A DNA stretch of 64,000 nucleotides from positions 33,916,001-33,980,000 of the forward strand of contig NC_087251.1 of the NCBI RefSeq assembly GCF_037042905.1, read 5' to 3'. The stretch's first letter is position 1. Each line of letters begins with the position of its first letter. Of this stretch, positions 1-11,415 are shown in pieces. The notes below the pieces were generated by a model, which was not told the DNA's origin, did no database searches, and saw only the letters and a list, made by a program, of their open reading frames with translations. A program made the position numbers and the translations under genes. This DNA comes from Lytechinus pictus. Taxonomy: Eukaryota.

Positions 1-417
1 ACCATGATGGTGAAAGTCTGCTGTTTCTGAATTTAGTATACACAAAACCATCACATCATCATTATCTGCATTGTATTCATAATATAATATAAAACCATGT
101 GTTGTATTTGGAAATAATATTTGTTGTAATCACATGATGACACTCTAGCCCTGTCATTAAGGTCTTAACCTGACATCGTGATTGATATATAAAAGAAGCG
201 TTTACCTTTATTTAACAAATAATCGAAAATATAAGGATTGATGTTTAAAAAAATGTGTTTTTCAAATTTACACATGAAATGAATGCATCATAACATATAC
301 ATATATATATATATATATATAAATGTGATCAATCTTGGCGATGTACGTGTACGGGTCTCCTTCATAATTATATTTGAGATCAATTGTATGGAGAGGGCCG
401 TAGCAAGGTCAATACCC

Positions 418-464
418 GTCTTCTTCAAGCTTTCGGGCACATGCCCTTCATCAGGATCTAAACC
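418..464 (-). ncRNA. Identical hammerhead ribozyme motif on the minus strand (left arm of palindrome)
   Basis: Plus strand reads AAGCTTTCGGGCACATGCCCTTCATCAG, the exact reverse complement of the 636-663 core. Confidence 0.6.
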
Positions 465-625
465 AATATATAAAATACAAAATATAGGCCTACTAATAAC
501 AATGGTAAATACAATGCAATACAATATATAATTATAGATTATTATTTTTGGACTATAATTATATATTGTATTGCATTGTATTTACCATTGTTACTAGTAG
601 GCCTATATTTTGTATTTTATATATT

Positions 626-672
626 GGTTTAGATCCTGATGAAGGGCATGTGCCCGAAAGCTTGAAGAAGAC
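626..672 (+). ncRNA. Minimal type-I hammerhead ribozyme motif (Penelope-type)
   Basis: CTGATGA (636-642), extra A, stem II GGGC-ATGT-GCCC (644-655), GAAA (656-659), palindromic AAGCTT stem III, predicted cleavage after UU 662-663. Stem I is weak: TC/GA, an internal loop, then GTTT/AGAC. Confidence 0.6.
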
Positions 673-713
673 GGGTATTGACCTTGCTACGGCCCTCTCC
701 ATACAATTGATCT

Positions 714-749
<36 letters not shown>

Positions 750-1582
750 GTGCAAGGGTGTGTGTGTGTGTGTGTGAGAGAGAGTGCTAGAGAGATAGTG
801 TTTTGTGTCTCTAATGCTTTATAAACAAAAAGTACTGATTGCATAAACTGAGAGGCCCCGTAAATAATGTAAAAGTAATCGTTCACATTTTAGAAACTTA
901 AGTCAAGTAATTTCATTGCGCTTTGAAAACAGTTAATGAAACAGTATAACAACGTTAAACAACGCACGCACACAGGCCTGTGGATGCATTATAGGTCTAC
1001 AACAGTGAGGTGTATCATGTACATGAATGGAAATCAGAACAGTAAATACAGAATCTATGCGCTATGGGATTAGTGCATCTTGAAAGTGTATTACAAAACC
1101 ATTAAATCTTAATTGGTATAATGGACACGATCTCTCGGGTGTTTACACAGGGCATATATTAGTGCAAGGTATGGCCTTGGTGCCGCTTTCGACCAGTGTC
1201 GTGGTTGTTCCTGTATTTGCCCATCTATTACAACGCTTAGCTAATTACTGCTTTTCTTCATTCATGGAGGTGATTGGATTCCAAGGTCACGTGACGTGAT
1301 TTTTGTAATGGCGTATAGCCCCACATGTTGCTATCTTGATTAGATGACGAAGTGTTACTACATAGGCAATATCTTGTTACTTTACCCTCGGGTTTCATCT
1401 GTTATCCATGTTTTTTCTCATTTGCTGCCTTTCATTTTCTTCCGCCCCCCCAAAAAAAATAATTGCAAAAGAATCATTGGAGCATTTTCTTTCTAGTATC
1501 TCCAATCTTCTGCCTATTGACACTTACAAAAAAATAATGGTGTCTGCCATGATACACTTCAAGTTTTTATGGCGCAGTAATA

Positions 1583-1750
1583 CATACCGGTTACATACCG
1601 CCTACGATGACCGTACAGCGAGTCGAAAACAGCCGTTTGTAACATTTTTGTACCAGCTTCCTGTATGTGGTTCGTATATAAATCCATTAAACGACTGTTT
1701 TCGACTCATAGTGCGTCACATGCAAACAGTACAATAGGGGAAATGTGAAG
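1583..1750. mobile_element. Degenerate palindromic MITE, same family as 49622-49783
   Basis: Shares GAGTCGAAAACAGCCGTTT ... AAACGACTGTTTTCGACTC inverted arms with the 49622 element. Confidence 0.6.
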
Positions 1751-2808
1751 CCTTTGTAATTTGTGTGTCAATTTTATACATAGACATTGTTGAATGCTGG
1801 ATTGTACTAGGTTAAACATGTATGTAGGCCTATAGCAATTTTCTATCACCACTTGACATCGGAAAGAGTTCTTGAGATTGGCAGAAAAGCGGAATTAATT
1901 CTCAAAGTCAGATAACCTTCCATGGGATATGATTTCTGCTGGTGGTTGGTTTTGCTCCTCTTTTTCAAATCTGTAGAAAAGCGAGACATTCATTAATGCA
2001 CTTTGTAACAAGATCATGTATAGGACATAGGCTAAGAGATAAAGAGAGGGAGAGAGACAGAGAGAGAAGGGGGTGGTTGGGAGGAGTGAGAGCGAAAGGA
2101 AAATAGGCAAAGAAGATTTTAATTTAACCCACACCTACAAACAAACAGTAAGATTTTTTTATTTACTGTTGAAAAATAAATACAGATTAATAAATTTACA
2201 GAAATATCAGCATATTTCATAGATTATAACGGGCAAACGTACTTATCATGCCGAAAATCACCTGAACAGATCATCGCAATATTTAGTGGGACTGCCATAC
2301 ATGGATGCACGATTGCAGGGTCTCAAAAAATCGATTATTTTCTTATACAAGTACATGTACAAAATATACACACTATCCAATATAATTTGTGTGTTGAATT
2401 CATGATGGAAATGTTACAATACACACAAGAAATCGATTGCTATTTAGATCAAACGAAAAAAAAGTAACTAATATTGATTTTACACAGGCTTTAAACTTGA
2501 GTTCCTTTTTGCAAATATTTCCATTTAGAAAATCAATAGAAACCATATTGGTTACAGACGCATGCTTTGAAACACACTGGTGAATTGGTGGACATAAATG
2601 ATAAAATTATCAGATTAATATTTTATAAATATTTCTGATTGATGTCATAATGCAGGTTTATGAGGTGCAAAAGTCCCAGAAATTTGAATTACTTTAGGAA
2701 AACGTCAGTTTCTTTTTACACGATAAAATAAAAACAAGTGCCGTAAAGCCTCCGAATGACACATTTCGATTGACAAGGTGTCACAGCTTGAATATAATTA
2801 AACCACAT

Positions 2809-3113
2809 GGTCCGTATTCTGAAGAAGAGTTAAAATCACGTTATGTTCTAATGTCGTGGTTTATCTGTGCATGGGTAGCAAATTGTAACATACATATTCA
2901 ACAGCACAAGTTCGATTTATGAATTCATATGAAACTAAAACCATCCATAACTGTCTGAGAATAGTGGCTAAAACAGTTTTCTCCACCATCAACCACAGGG
3001 AAAGAATTAAAGTAAAACGTACGACGTAAACAAATATTTTGACATTTTTAGCGGCATGCCATATATTTAGTTATATCATGGCCTAAGTTAGACTTGACTT
3101 TAGAAAACGGGCC
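2809..3113. mobile_element. MITE with GG(T/C)CCGT(A/T)TTCT(G/A)AAG terminal inverted repeats (Harbinger-like, tentative)
   Basis: 5' GGTCCGTATTCTGAAG versus 3' CTTTAGAAAACGGGCC. Confidence 0.5.
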
Positions 3114-5415
3114 TATAATTATATGAGTCGCAAATGATGCACACTAAGGCCTTTGGTCTAATCATGGTATATAGTAAAATCCCAATAGTATTGCAATAGC
3201 CATGATTAATCTGCCAGTATATTTCTGATTTAACGCATTATATCAGAGGCATATGGTCTCTGGGGTACGGGTAATGTATCAGAGATGTAGACACTAAACA
3301 GCATTTGCATAATTAATCAAACATCCTCGAGATATACATGTCTATCGGGCTTAAATAAGTTATCAAATGCTGCATGTATAGGCCTACGTTTTCATTGATA
3401 CACATACATGGTATAGGCAACCGATTTAGGTGTGACGTTTGCAATCTTTGAGTCTTCCACTCTTTCTAACTTGTTGAGTAATCAGAATGTTTCATAATAG
3501 TTTCTAAATATTTCATACGAAAGCATGAAATAGTCGAAATATCAATACCCCACTCCTCCTATTTAATGGCACACGTACGTACATTCCCCTCCTCTTTTGT
3601 ATGCCTATAGTTCTAATAGTAGTATAGTACAGAATGTAGCTTGGTTTCTCATTATTACCAGTTCCCATATTTTTTTAAAGGCTGGTAGTGCAGTATTTGC
3701 TTCCAACAATTACCCACACACATGCAATTTATTCTCGAATAATAACACGGATCTTTATAGCTGACATACCATTTAAAGAGAGACTGCGTCTGTGTATAAT
3801 AATGTGCGTGTGTGAGGGGGTGGTTAGGAGGGGTGGGGATGGGGTTATGACGTGCAAGGGACGGATCTTATCAGCCCCTTCACAAAGATTCACTAATCTG
3901 ACGGCTATACGTGATAGCAAGGGGGGATGGGGGTTAGGGGGCACATTGTTGTATGGATATGTGTAAAAGACGGATACAACACCGGGTTCGCTGACTCATT
4001 CCCTGATCCCCCTATCATTGATAAACATCTGGTTATACTCCAGTAAAATACCATATGCTCGCTCTATACCAAGGTCAATGGGACGGTGACAATCATGGGT
4101 AAAACACACCCACCTGACCGCCTATAGCTGTCGTATATAAATCTGGCCAGCACTAGACTGAAACTAGCACGGCTTCAGTTTCATGTCGCATAATTAACGG
4201 TCTCCACTATCAAATTGTATGGTTCACAACGTTCACAACTTACGAATTAAATCGAGTTTCTTTAATAATTTAAGCAGATATTTTTAATGATTTTATGCAA
4301 TTCACACTTTATTGGAACTTGGAATTTAAAGCACGCATTTTCATATCGGCGCTTGTAAAAAGATAAGGGGGGGGGGGCAATTATAAACATGAACCTGACT
4401 TCAGTATAAAGGGAATTCGAAACTGCAAAAATCAAAATGTATGAAATAACATCAGCGCAGAGCAATAAAAGGGACCCTTATCACGGTTCTATCAAGAATT
4501 TCGTATAGGTTTTTAAGAGGAATATATCATGGAAAGTCATACGGGATGTAATGGGTTCACAAATTAATAGTAAAATGGGCATCTGAGAAAATGAATCTAT
4601 ATGAGATAAATTGAGTTTTATCAGAAGAGAATTATACAACGGGGAATGAGCATTTATCAGGCTACCACAGTGGCATAAATTCACAAGGCACCCCTATCAA
4701 AAGGTGAAAAGTGCACTAACTAAAAAAAAAGGTGCTATAAGAAAAGGCGGGTCTTTTCACTTTTGAAAGGGGAAACTTTACTTTGGGGAGTACGCGAAAA
4801 AAATGTCGAACCGTTCTTTCTTGACACCCCCCCCCCCCCCCCCTTGAGCGCCGCCTCATGAAGAGTAAAAAATTAGTAGCGCTTAATGAAATTACATAAT
4901 TTACGTTATTTGACATTATGTTCCTTGTTCAATCATATTTTGACATGTAAATGAATACTCCAAACGGACGGTATTTTCCAAAGGGGGCACTTATTTATCA
5001 TACCCATACACCAACAGTACAGGACGCCAGATTGCACGCCAACCATGCAGGCTTCCGTCACCTTACAAACACCCACAACAACCCAATCAATGCAAGCTGT
5101 TAATGGTATATATAGAAATAAAAATACACAAAAAGTATTCCACAAGACAGGTTTGACGATTCACACAACTCACTCTTAAATTTCATAGAGCTACTTTTCA
5201 ATCTTTAATAATTATAATTTGTAGGCCGCTCGTCTTTATTGCACTGACTAGGGCCACGTTGCAGAAAGTCATAGTAATTTTGCCATATAATGGTAACTAC
5301 CATGATAACCACGCTAAACAGCCAATCAGAACCAATGATTTCAGGACAATTATTATTAGATGCAAAAGAAACTAATAAAAGTAACTTTTACGCAACCACT
5401 ATTCGCGATTATACA

Positions 5416-5655
5416 TGATGATGATGATGATGATAATGATGATGATAATAATAATAATAGCTCGATTTATATAGCGCTTTTTTCCCGAGGACACAAAGCG
5501 CTTGCTATTATTACCCCGGCTTTAGCTCGAGCTACCGTCACCGGCGCTCAGTGCATGCATGCAAGGAATTAATCCTACCGGGTAACCATTCACCTCACCG
5601 GGGTCGAGTGCAGCACAGTGTGGATAAATTTCTTGCTGAATGAAAACACGCCATA
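5416..5655 (-). mobile_element. SINE fragment with LINE-type 3' tail and (ATT)n/(ATC)n end
   Basis: Minus strand ends AAGCGCTTTG..AAAAGCGCTATATAAATC followed by simple repeats. The core GGTA(A/C)CCATT(C/T)ACCTCACC motif recurs at ~57436-57575 and ~59235-59340. Confidence 0.55.
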
Positions 5656-5773
5656 ATGACTGTCTAAAATTGTAATATTACCTTGAATAAAGTATCAAAG
5701 TGACTTTGGGAATAGATTAAAACGATTGATCAAAAGCTAATATGTTACCATCTAAAGTAGATAACAGACCCTT

Positions 5774-5990
5774 CATTCTAAAAAATGGAATGTTAAATCA
5801 ACAATTGAAAGGTTGGAGGAGTGATAACCTTTTATAAGTGTTACACTTACCACCTCGAATCGTTCGACTCAACACTTAAATTGTTGGATTAAGCTTTATG
5901 CAAGGTTGGATATAACATTTTGGAAATGGTTGTCACTCCTCGAACCTTTCAACAAAATATTGTTAATTTTACATTTCATTTTGTAGAGTG
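5774..5990. mobile_element. Foldback MITE with CA(T/C)TCTA...TAGAGTG ends; second copy ~6796-6980
   Basis: Inverted arms GAAAGGTTGGAGGAGTGATAACC / GGTTGTCACTCCTCGAACCTTTC. The related copy starts CACTCTATAATTGAAATGTTAAATCAACAA at 6796. Confidence 0.55.
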
Positions 5991-6312
5991 TTGATACAGG
6001 CAAAAAACACCAATCCCAAAATAACACAACCATGTTTAGTGGTTATCAGTCTAATGGGCGTTGAAAGAAACTTACGTTCAATACCAAATCAAACATAAGT
6101 ACCAAATCAAGTGTAAGTCCTGTGATTAATTGCAAACTTGTAGTTGATTTGGACTCAATTCCAACTCTGTTTCCTTTGCAACAGACAGTTACGCTTGGCT
6201 TTGGAACTTACACATGATTTGCAAATCAAACGTAAATTTCTTGCAAACACTCCACAGGATATGTTTGTGGAGATCTCCACCCATGTATATTTATCATCTT
6301 GACAGACATCTC

Positions 6313-6537
6313 CACATTCTTAAAATAGTTGGGCAAAAATGTCCAACTTTTAACCAACCCTGGGCGACATACTGTCCACACAACTATTGGTTAGAATCTG
6401 CCCAAGTTGAGTAATAAAAACTAATAATTGGGTAATAAATTTGCTCATTATAGAATTGCCCAGAATATATATATATATTTTACCAACATACATTACCCAA
6501 CACAGTGGACAGTATGTTGCCCAATATTTTAAGTGTG
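6313..6537. mobile_element. Foldback MITE
   Basis: Ends CACATTCTTAAAATAGTTGGGCAA / TTGCCCAATATTTTAAGTGTG; internal inverted GGGCGACATACTGTCCAC / GTGGACAGTATGTTGCCC. Confidence 0.5.
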
Positions 6538-8007
6538 CATTTATTCTTTCTTACTTAATTTCATTCATTATAACAACCCACTCATTATGTTGATGAATGT
6601 ATATTGGATGATTTAAAGGTCTACGACCTCATAGTCTAAATCATATTTGATTTTTGCGATGTTACCACAATACGACTGCCATCTGGCCATTGCCCGTAAC
6701 TGCAGAATCCAAGCAGCATGGGGGAAGTTATACGAATTAATGAAGAGGTTCGAGTTCTATAGTCACCACCTGCTGGTCACGTCTTTCAGATAGTTCACTC
6801 TATAATTGAAATGTTAAATCAACAATTTGAAAGGTTAGATGAATGACAACACTTTCCAACTGTTTTATCCACCCTTGCATGAGGCTGAATCCCGGCCAGC
6901 AATTTAAATGTATCTAACAATTAAAACTGGTAAATATATTATGCAACATTCAGAAAATGTTGTCACTCCAACCTTTCACGTTAAAGGTATAGTTCCCAGA
7001 CATAAACAGTCATATCTGATTGACACGCGCCTGTGAAAAATCAACTACACATACACACACTCTCGCCACTACCCTCACACACCCCACACACACTTTACGA
7101 AACCTATATCGCCGAACTCCTCCTTGGGCCATCAGTGATGAACGTGATGGGCGCCCTGGGGATTGTGAAAGTCAGAATGTCGTCAGGCTTACCAATAATA
7201 ATAGCGACCATACTCACACGGTGTGACTTCGAAAACGATTACGCTCCATTAAGTGTCAAGACACGGGGGCTTCAAAAACTGCCGGGGGTAGAATAATCAC
7301 CCAAATATTCAATAACTATGAATTGATCAGAAAAAAGAATTACAACAAATCATAGAGTACCATTCAGTAGTTGTTTTTTTTTTTGCATTTGTTATTTGGT
7401 TTTAGTCTCGGTTTATGGGTTTGCATCCTGCAATGAAGGCAAAGAAAATAAATAAGTCATAACTATTAATATGAAGATTTTGATGGAGATCTAATTAAAT
7501 AGAAGCGAAGTTTGCAGACGTTTATTACCAGGGTTGGCTGGAGATTATAGACTGACGCTGAAGGAGTTATTTCAGTGATGAAACTGGGAATGCATTGTAT
7601 CCAATGTTTTTAATACCATGCAATTTTAGTTGCATGGTTTATTTTCAGATTAACTAAATGTGGCTTTGAAAAGTACAAGAGATTATATAAATATGGATTT
7701 GGTCCTGAATTTCCAAGTTATCAAAAGGGCATTGGGAAGCCGTGACCTACCATTAATTACGGAGGGTAACATGGGTATTACATGGTAATGACATGCACGA
7801 GTACTCCTAAAATGGTTTATTATTATCATCATCATTATTAATATCATTATTATATTGAATGTTGTCAATTAATATTTTACCTAATTATTTGAACTGATTA
7901 ATCATCTTAAACTAAATGTTTGTTATCAATCATTTACCTATATGATTACATATTTGCTTATTAATAATTAGTGTTGTTATATTTATTATTTTATTTTCCC
8001 CATCATT

Positions 8008-8325
8008 ATAGAGTACCGAACTGATAACGTCACAAAAAACATATTCTGGTAGAGCATGACGAAAAAACCCCGCTCTAAAAATTTGGTGATAATCGGTCAA
8101 TGAGGGCCTGAGATATGGTTCTAAAAGTTAGGAATCAGGTCAATAATACATTGACTTCAATGGGGCTAATTATGCATTCATGAGGTCATATCTTGGGGTC
8201 CACGGACCGATTCCCACCATATTTGGGTTGTGTGGGTTTTTCATCATGCTCTACCAAAATGGTATAAAAAACACTTAATTGCAAAAAGTGAAAATTGATG
8301 ACGTCACACTTGGGTTTTCTAATAC
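8008..8325. mobile_element. Palindromic MITE remnant
   Basis: TGGTAGAGCATGACGAAAAAACCC...GAGATATG pairs with CATATCTT...GGGTTTTTCATCATGCTCTACCA. Confidence 0.5.
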
Positions 8326-8388
8326 ATTCAATGGCCGAAATGATCTATTTACATACAATTTTGGATATCACACCCCTCCCACACACAA

Positions 8389-8422
<34 letters not shown>

Positions 8423-8473
8423 GTATAGTCAAATGAACCTATATATATATATGTTTGAACCTATATATATATG

Positions 8474-8513
<40 letters not shown>

Positions 8514-9116
8514 TAAAAGATGCAGAATGGATTCGAATTTTCACCGCATGAGACTTCCATCATCCATCATCATCACCGCCTGTAAATGAACTTTATGCTT
8601 GGTTGGTCTGAGTCTCCTCGGTGTTATTGTTTTCCAGATCTCTTGCAAATTTGATGGATTGGATGTAATTATGGATAGTAGCTATAAACATAGTTTCAAA
8701 ATTGCGAGAAGGTATATTGTTTTGATAATATCACTTCACTATAATTTTTACTGATAACATTTGCCCCATGAAAGAATTTTGACTACCATTTTCTTCTCGC
8801 TTTTTATTTTTTCTTCGGGAAAATGCTCCTGGAAGTGGAGATGACTTTTGACCTATTTGTGTTAATTTGTCGGACAATGTTTGCCCCATCCCCTGGCGAA
8901 ATTTTCCAGGTACGTCACTAAACAGAATGGAAATTCTGACATAGCAAGGACTTCTTGCCATTTCTCACTAAACAAAACCATTAAAATCTTTGCATTGACG
9001 GAGCTATTCGGCATCTTCAATAAACACATCACAACATCATTCTGTGTATTTAAATGTTAAAGATTGGTTAACTCATTTGCCATCTCTTTCACTTTTCTTT
9101 ATCCTTTCTGGTCCAG

Positions 9117-9400
9117 TCTACCTTCTCCTCGGTTTGGGCATGATGCTGCTCCTGGTGGATACCGTCATCAAGATCCCTCAGATCCAGCGGCTTTGGGAGA
9201 TGACAACTCCCGCCTCCTCGGCCGCCCCATCGGTCACCTCCTCCAGGAGCTCCTCCCCGGCTGCTCTCCATCGGGAGCTGCTGGCGAAGAACCCGTTCGG
9301 GAGCAAGAGGAAGTCAGAGGAGGAGCGGGAGCTTACCAAAGATGCGGCCCCCATTGGCAGGAGCTACGACACCATTCAGGATAAGAAGGAAGACTCATGA
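9117..9400 (+). CDS. Terminal coding exon of a two-pore-domain K+ channel (K2P, KCNK1/TWIK-like): TM4 plus C-terminal tail; upstream exons not found in the window
   Basis: Polypyrimidine tract and CAG acceptor ending 9116; GC-rich codon-like sequence. Translation (x)YLLLGLGMMLLLVDTVIKIPQIQRLWEM...KKEDS* resembles the KCNK1 TM4 motif YLLLGLIAMLVVLETF (recalled, not searched). Stop TGA 9398-9400. Confidence 0.7.
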
Positions 9401-9526
9401 AATGAGGAGGCGATGATGTTGATTCACCCCGATGAACACCGGTAGAATTTCATCAATGGCATTATTTTACTGAAGAACAGAAACAGAGTTTTAAGGCCTT
9501 AATGTAAAACACATGTTAACAGCTCG

Positions 9527-9800
9527 TGAGAGAAAGAGAGAGAGAGGGGGGGGGAGAGTGACAGATGGTGTTAGGGTGTGCTTGAAAGAGTGGAGTGTGT
9601 GCGTATCAGATTGCATGACAGAAAAAAGGAATTGTGTGTCTCAGTCGGATTTGGTGGTAGAGAGAGAGAGAGAGAGAGTGTGAGTGGAAGAAAGGAAGAG
9701 AGAGCGGGATGGTTGATGTATGTGCGCGTGTGTGAGGGTGTGTGTGTGTGAGAGGGTGTGTGTGTGTATGTGTCAATGTGGAGTGCAAGTGTGTAATGTG
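9527..9800. repeat. (GA)n/(GT)n microsatellite-rich region
   Basis: Directly visible GA and GT dinucleotide runs. Confidence 0.8.
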
Positions 9801-10219
9801 TAGTGTTTTTGCACGTGAAATGGGATGATGGATGTTTGTTCGTAAGTTTAATATACGATTTTATTGTAGGAGGGAGAGCTAATTGAAACAAATTGTTGAA
9901 TATCTTTATCATGTTTATTGTCGATATAATTATGAGACAATATGTTTCACATGCACCTTTGAGCAAGAGATTTACTCACCTCTTTCGAAATCGTCGTCAC
10001 AAAGTCACAAGTTAATCAAACTTATCGTTGTTTCTTTTATCGATGTCGATGTCATTTACATTAAGATCGCGTTCGTGAATGCGAACTCAAACGAGCGTTG
10101 CCTCATCACTGCCACCATCATCGCCCATACATGTCGATCTGTAAACCAATCTATTTTAGATCACCTTTGGAAGAGAATAATATGTTGGATTTTTATTTTT
10201 ATTTTATTTTATTTTTGAT

Positions 10220-10380
10220 AGAGGGGCGCACTTTATGAAGAGATATGACTATTCTAACCTTGCTATTATGGTAACTACCACGGATACATTGATTGTGATT
10301 GGCTGCTGAGCCATGTTACCGCGACAGTTTGTTATAATGGCAAAGTTACGATAGTTGTGTGTTTTATGAAACGAACCCTG
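10220..10380. mobile_element. Short MITE family (GGTAACTACCA...GATTGGCTG core); related copies ~5250-5400, ~10930-11040, ~29515-29645
   Basis: Shared GATTGTGATTGGCTGC(T/C)GAGCCATGTTAC..ATAATGGCAA..TTAC segment in 10290-10350 and 29558-29615; reverse-orientation similarity at 5280-5340. Confidence 0.55.
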
Positions 10381-10708
10381 GGTATGGTATTCTGATAGCC
10401 ATGGTTAGGTTTAACTTGGGTTAATATTAGACAATACTTTTATGGAACGCCAGTTGTCAACTTATTCATCAATTAAGATTTTTCTTATCCTTCCCTAAAA
10501 AAAAGTTGTAAAAAATTAATATTGTATCCTGAAATGGGAAAATAGGAAAATAAAAAAATATAGTGAATTTCAATCAAATAAATTATTACATTATAATTGT
10601 CACAAATATGGAAGAAATATTATGAAGCCAGCATTCCATAGAAGTGTGGTTTAAAATTGCAATTTAGACTTGGGTTAAACCTAGGTTTAATTATCAGAGT
10701 ACCACCCT
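10379..10708. mobile_element. MITE with GGT(AT)GGTA(T/C)TCTGATA terminal inverted repeats
   Basis: 5' GGGTATGGTATTCTGATA..TAGGTTTAAC versus 3' GTTAAACCTA..TATCAGAGTACCACCC. Confidence 0.5.
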
Positions 10709-11224
10709 GGATGTTTAGTTGACATAGTTGTAATTCTGGTGTTTGCAAGTATTTCAATTAAGTCTGTTCAATACAATCATTTAGATATAGAAATTGATTT
10801 GCTCAACACACTGATAAGGAATATGAGTATACTGTGAATCCTTTTAACATATTACTTCACGTTGAGTGTTTAAGCACGTTTCAAGTCCTAAGTCACCCGC
10901 GTCGTATGTCCGCAATGCATAAAGTAGTAAGGTAACTTTGTCATTATGGCAACTACAAGCCAATAACAGAATAAAAATTTCAATTGAAGCTAATCCATAC
11001 TGGCAAAGTTACCATGCACGGTTATGAAACGTAACACTGGCTAAGAGATCTTCATTAAGTGATGATTCATGAAAATTAAACATTTGAATACTACCGAACG
11101 TTATTTCATAGTTTAATGAAGTTATACACGTCGAAGTATTCTTTTTATATTTACTCTTTATAAATCTTAATTGAAATTATTACTGTTTATATCTTTGTCC
11201 AAACTTATTGACGCAGTAATCATC

Positions 11225-11415
11225 TTTGAAATGTAGAGAGAAAATATTGTACAAATTGTTTATTCGGTCACACTTAGTGGCGTATTTCCTTAGTTATTTT
11301 TAAATGTAGAGAGAAAATATTGTTCAAAATTATTTGTTTGGTCACACTTAATGGCATATTTCCTTAAGTATGTCACATTAATGATTTTTAAATGTACAAA
11401 GAAAATATTGTACTC
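11225..11415 (+). repeat. Tandem repeat, ~80-90 bp unit, about 2.5 copies
   Basis: AAATGTAGAGAGAAAATATTGT...GGTCACACTTA(G/A)TGGC(G/A)TATTTCCTTA repeated. Confidence 0.7.

Larger units (their letters stand above)
321..721. mobile_element. Inverted-repeat element (arms 369-537 and 553-721, 15-nt spacer, 48-nt unpaired tail 321-368) in a (TA)n tract; probable Penelope-like pLTR remnant
   Basis: The arms are reverse complements with one visible mismatch (A496 vs C594). (TA)n flanks both sides (~296-320 and ~718-746). Each arm contains a CTGATGA..GAAAGCTT hammerhead-like core. Assignment to Penelope is inference from the inverted-pLTR plus tail architecture. Confidence 0.7.

Noticed and set aside
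283..790. Two near-identical ~80-aa ORFs on opposite strands (288-524 minus, 548-790 plus)
   Set aside because: By-product of the DNA palindrome; both run into (TA)n/(GT)n microsatellites and have no protein features.
3816..3941. G-run clusters as functional G-quadruplexes
   Set aside because: Poly-G/C runs occur throughout the window, often as parts of repeats; nothing specific supports function.
7130..7185. SECIS or C/D snoRNA around GTGATGAACG
   Set aside because: No correctly spaced apical AA/GA quartet and no D box with terminal stem found; no selenoprotein in the window.
9064..9384. Alternative-frame ORFs over the K2P exon (9064-9384 plus, 9089-9271 minus)
   Set aside because: Shadows of the GC-rich true exon; the TM4-containing frame fits the acceptor phase and the family motif.
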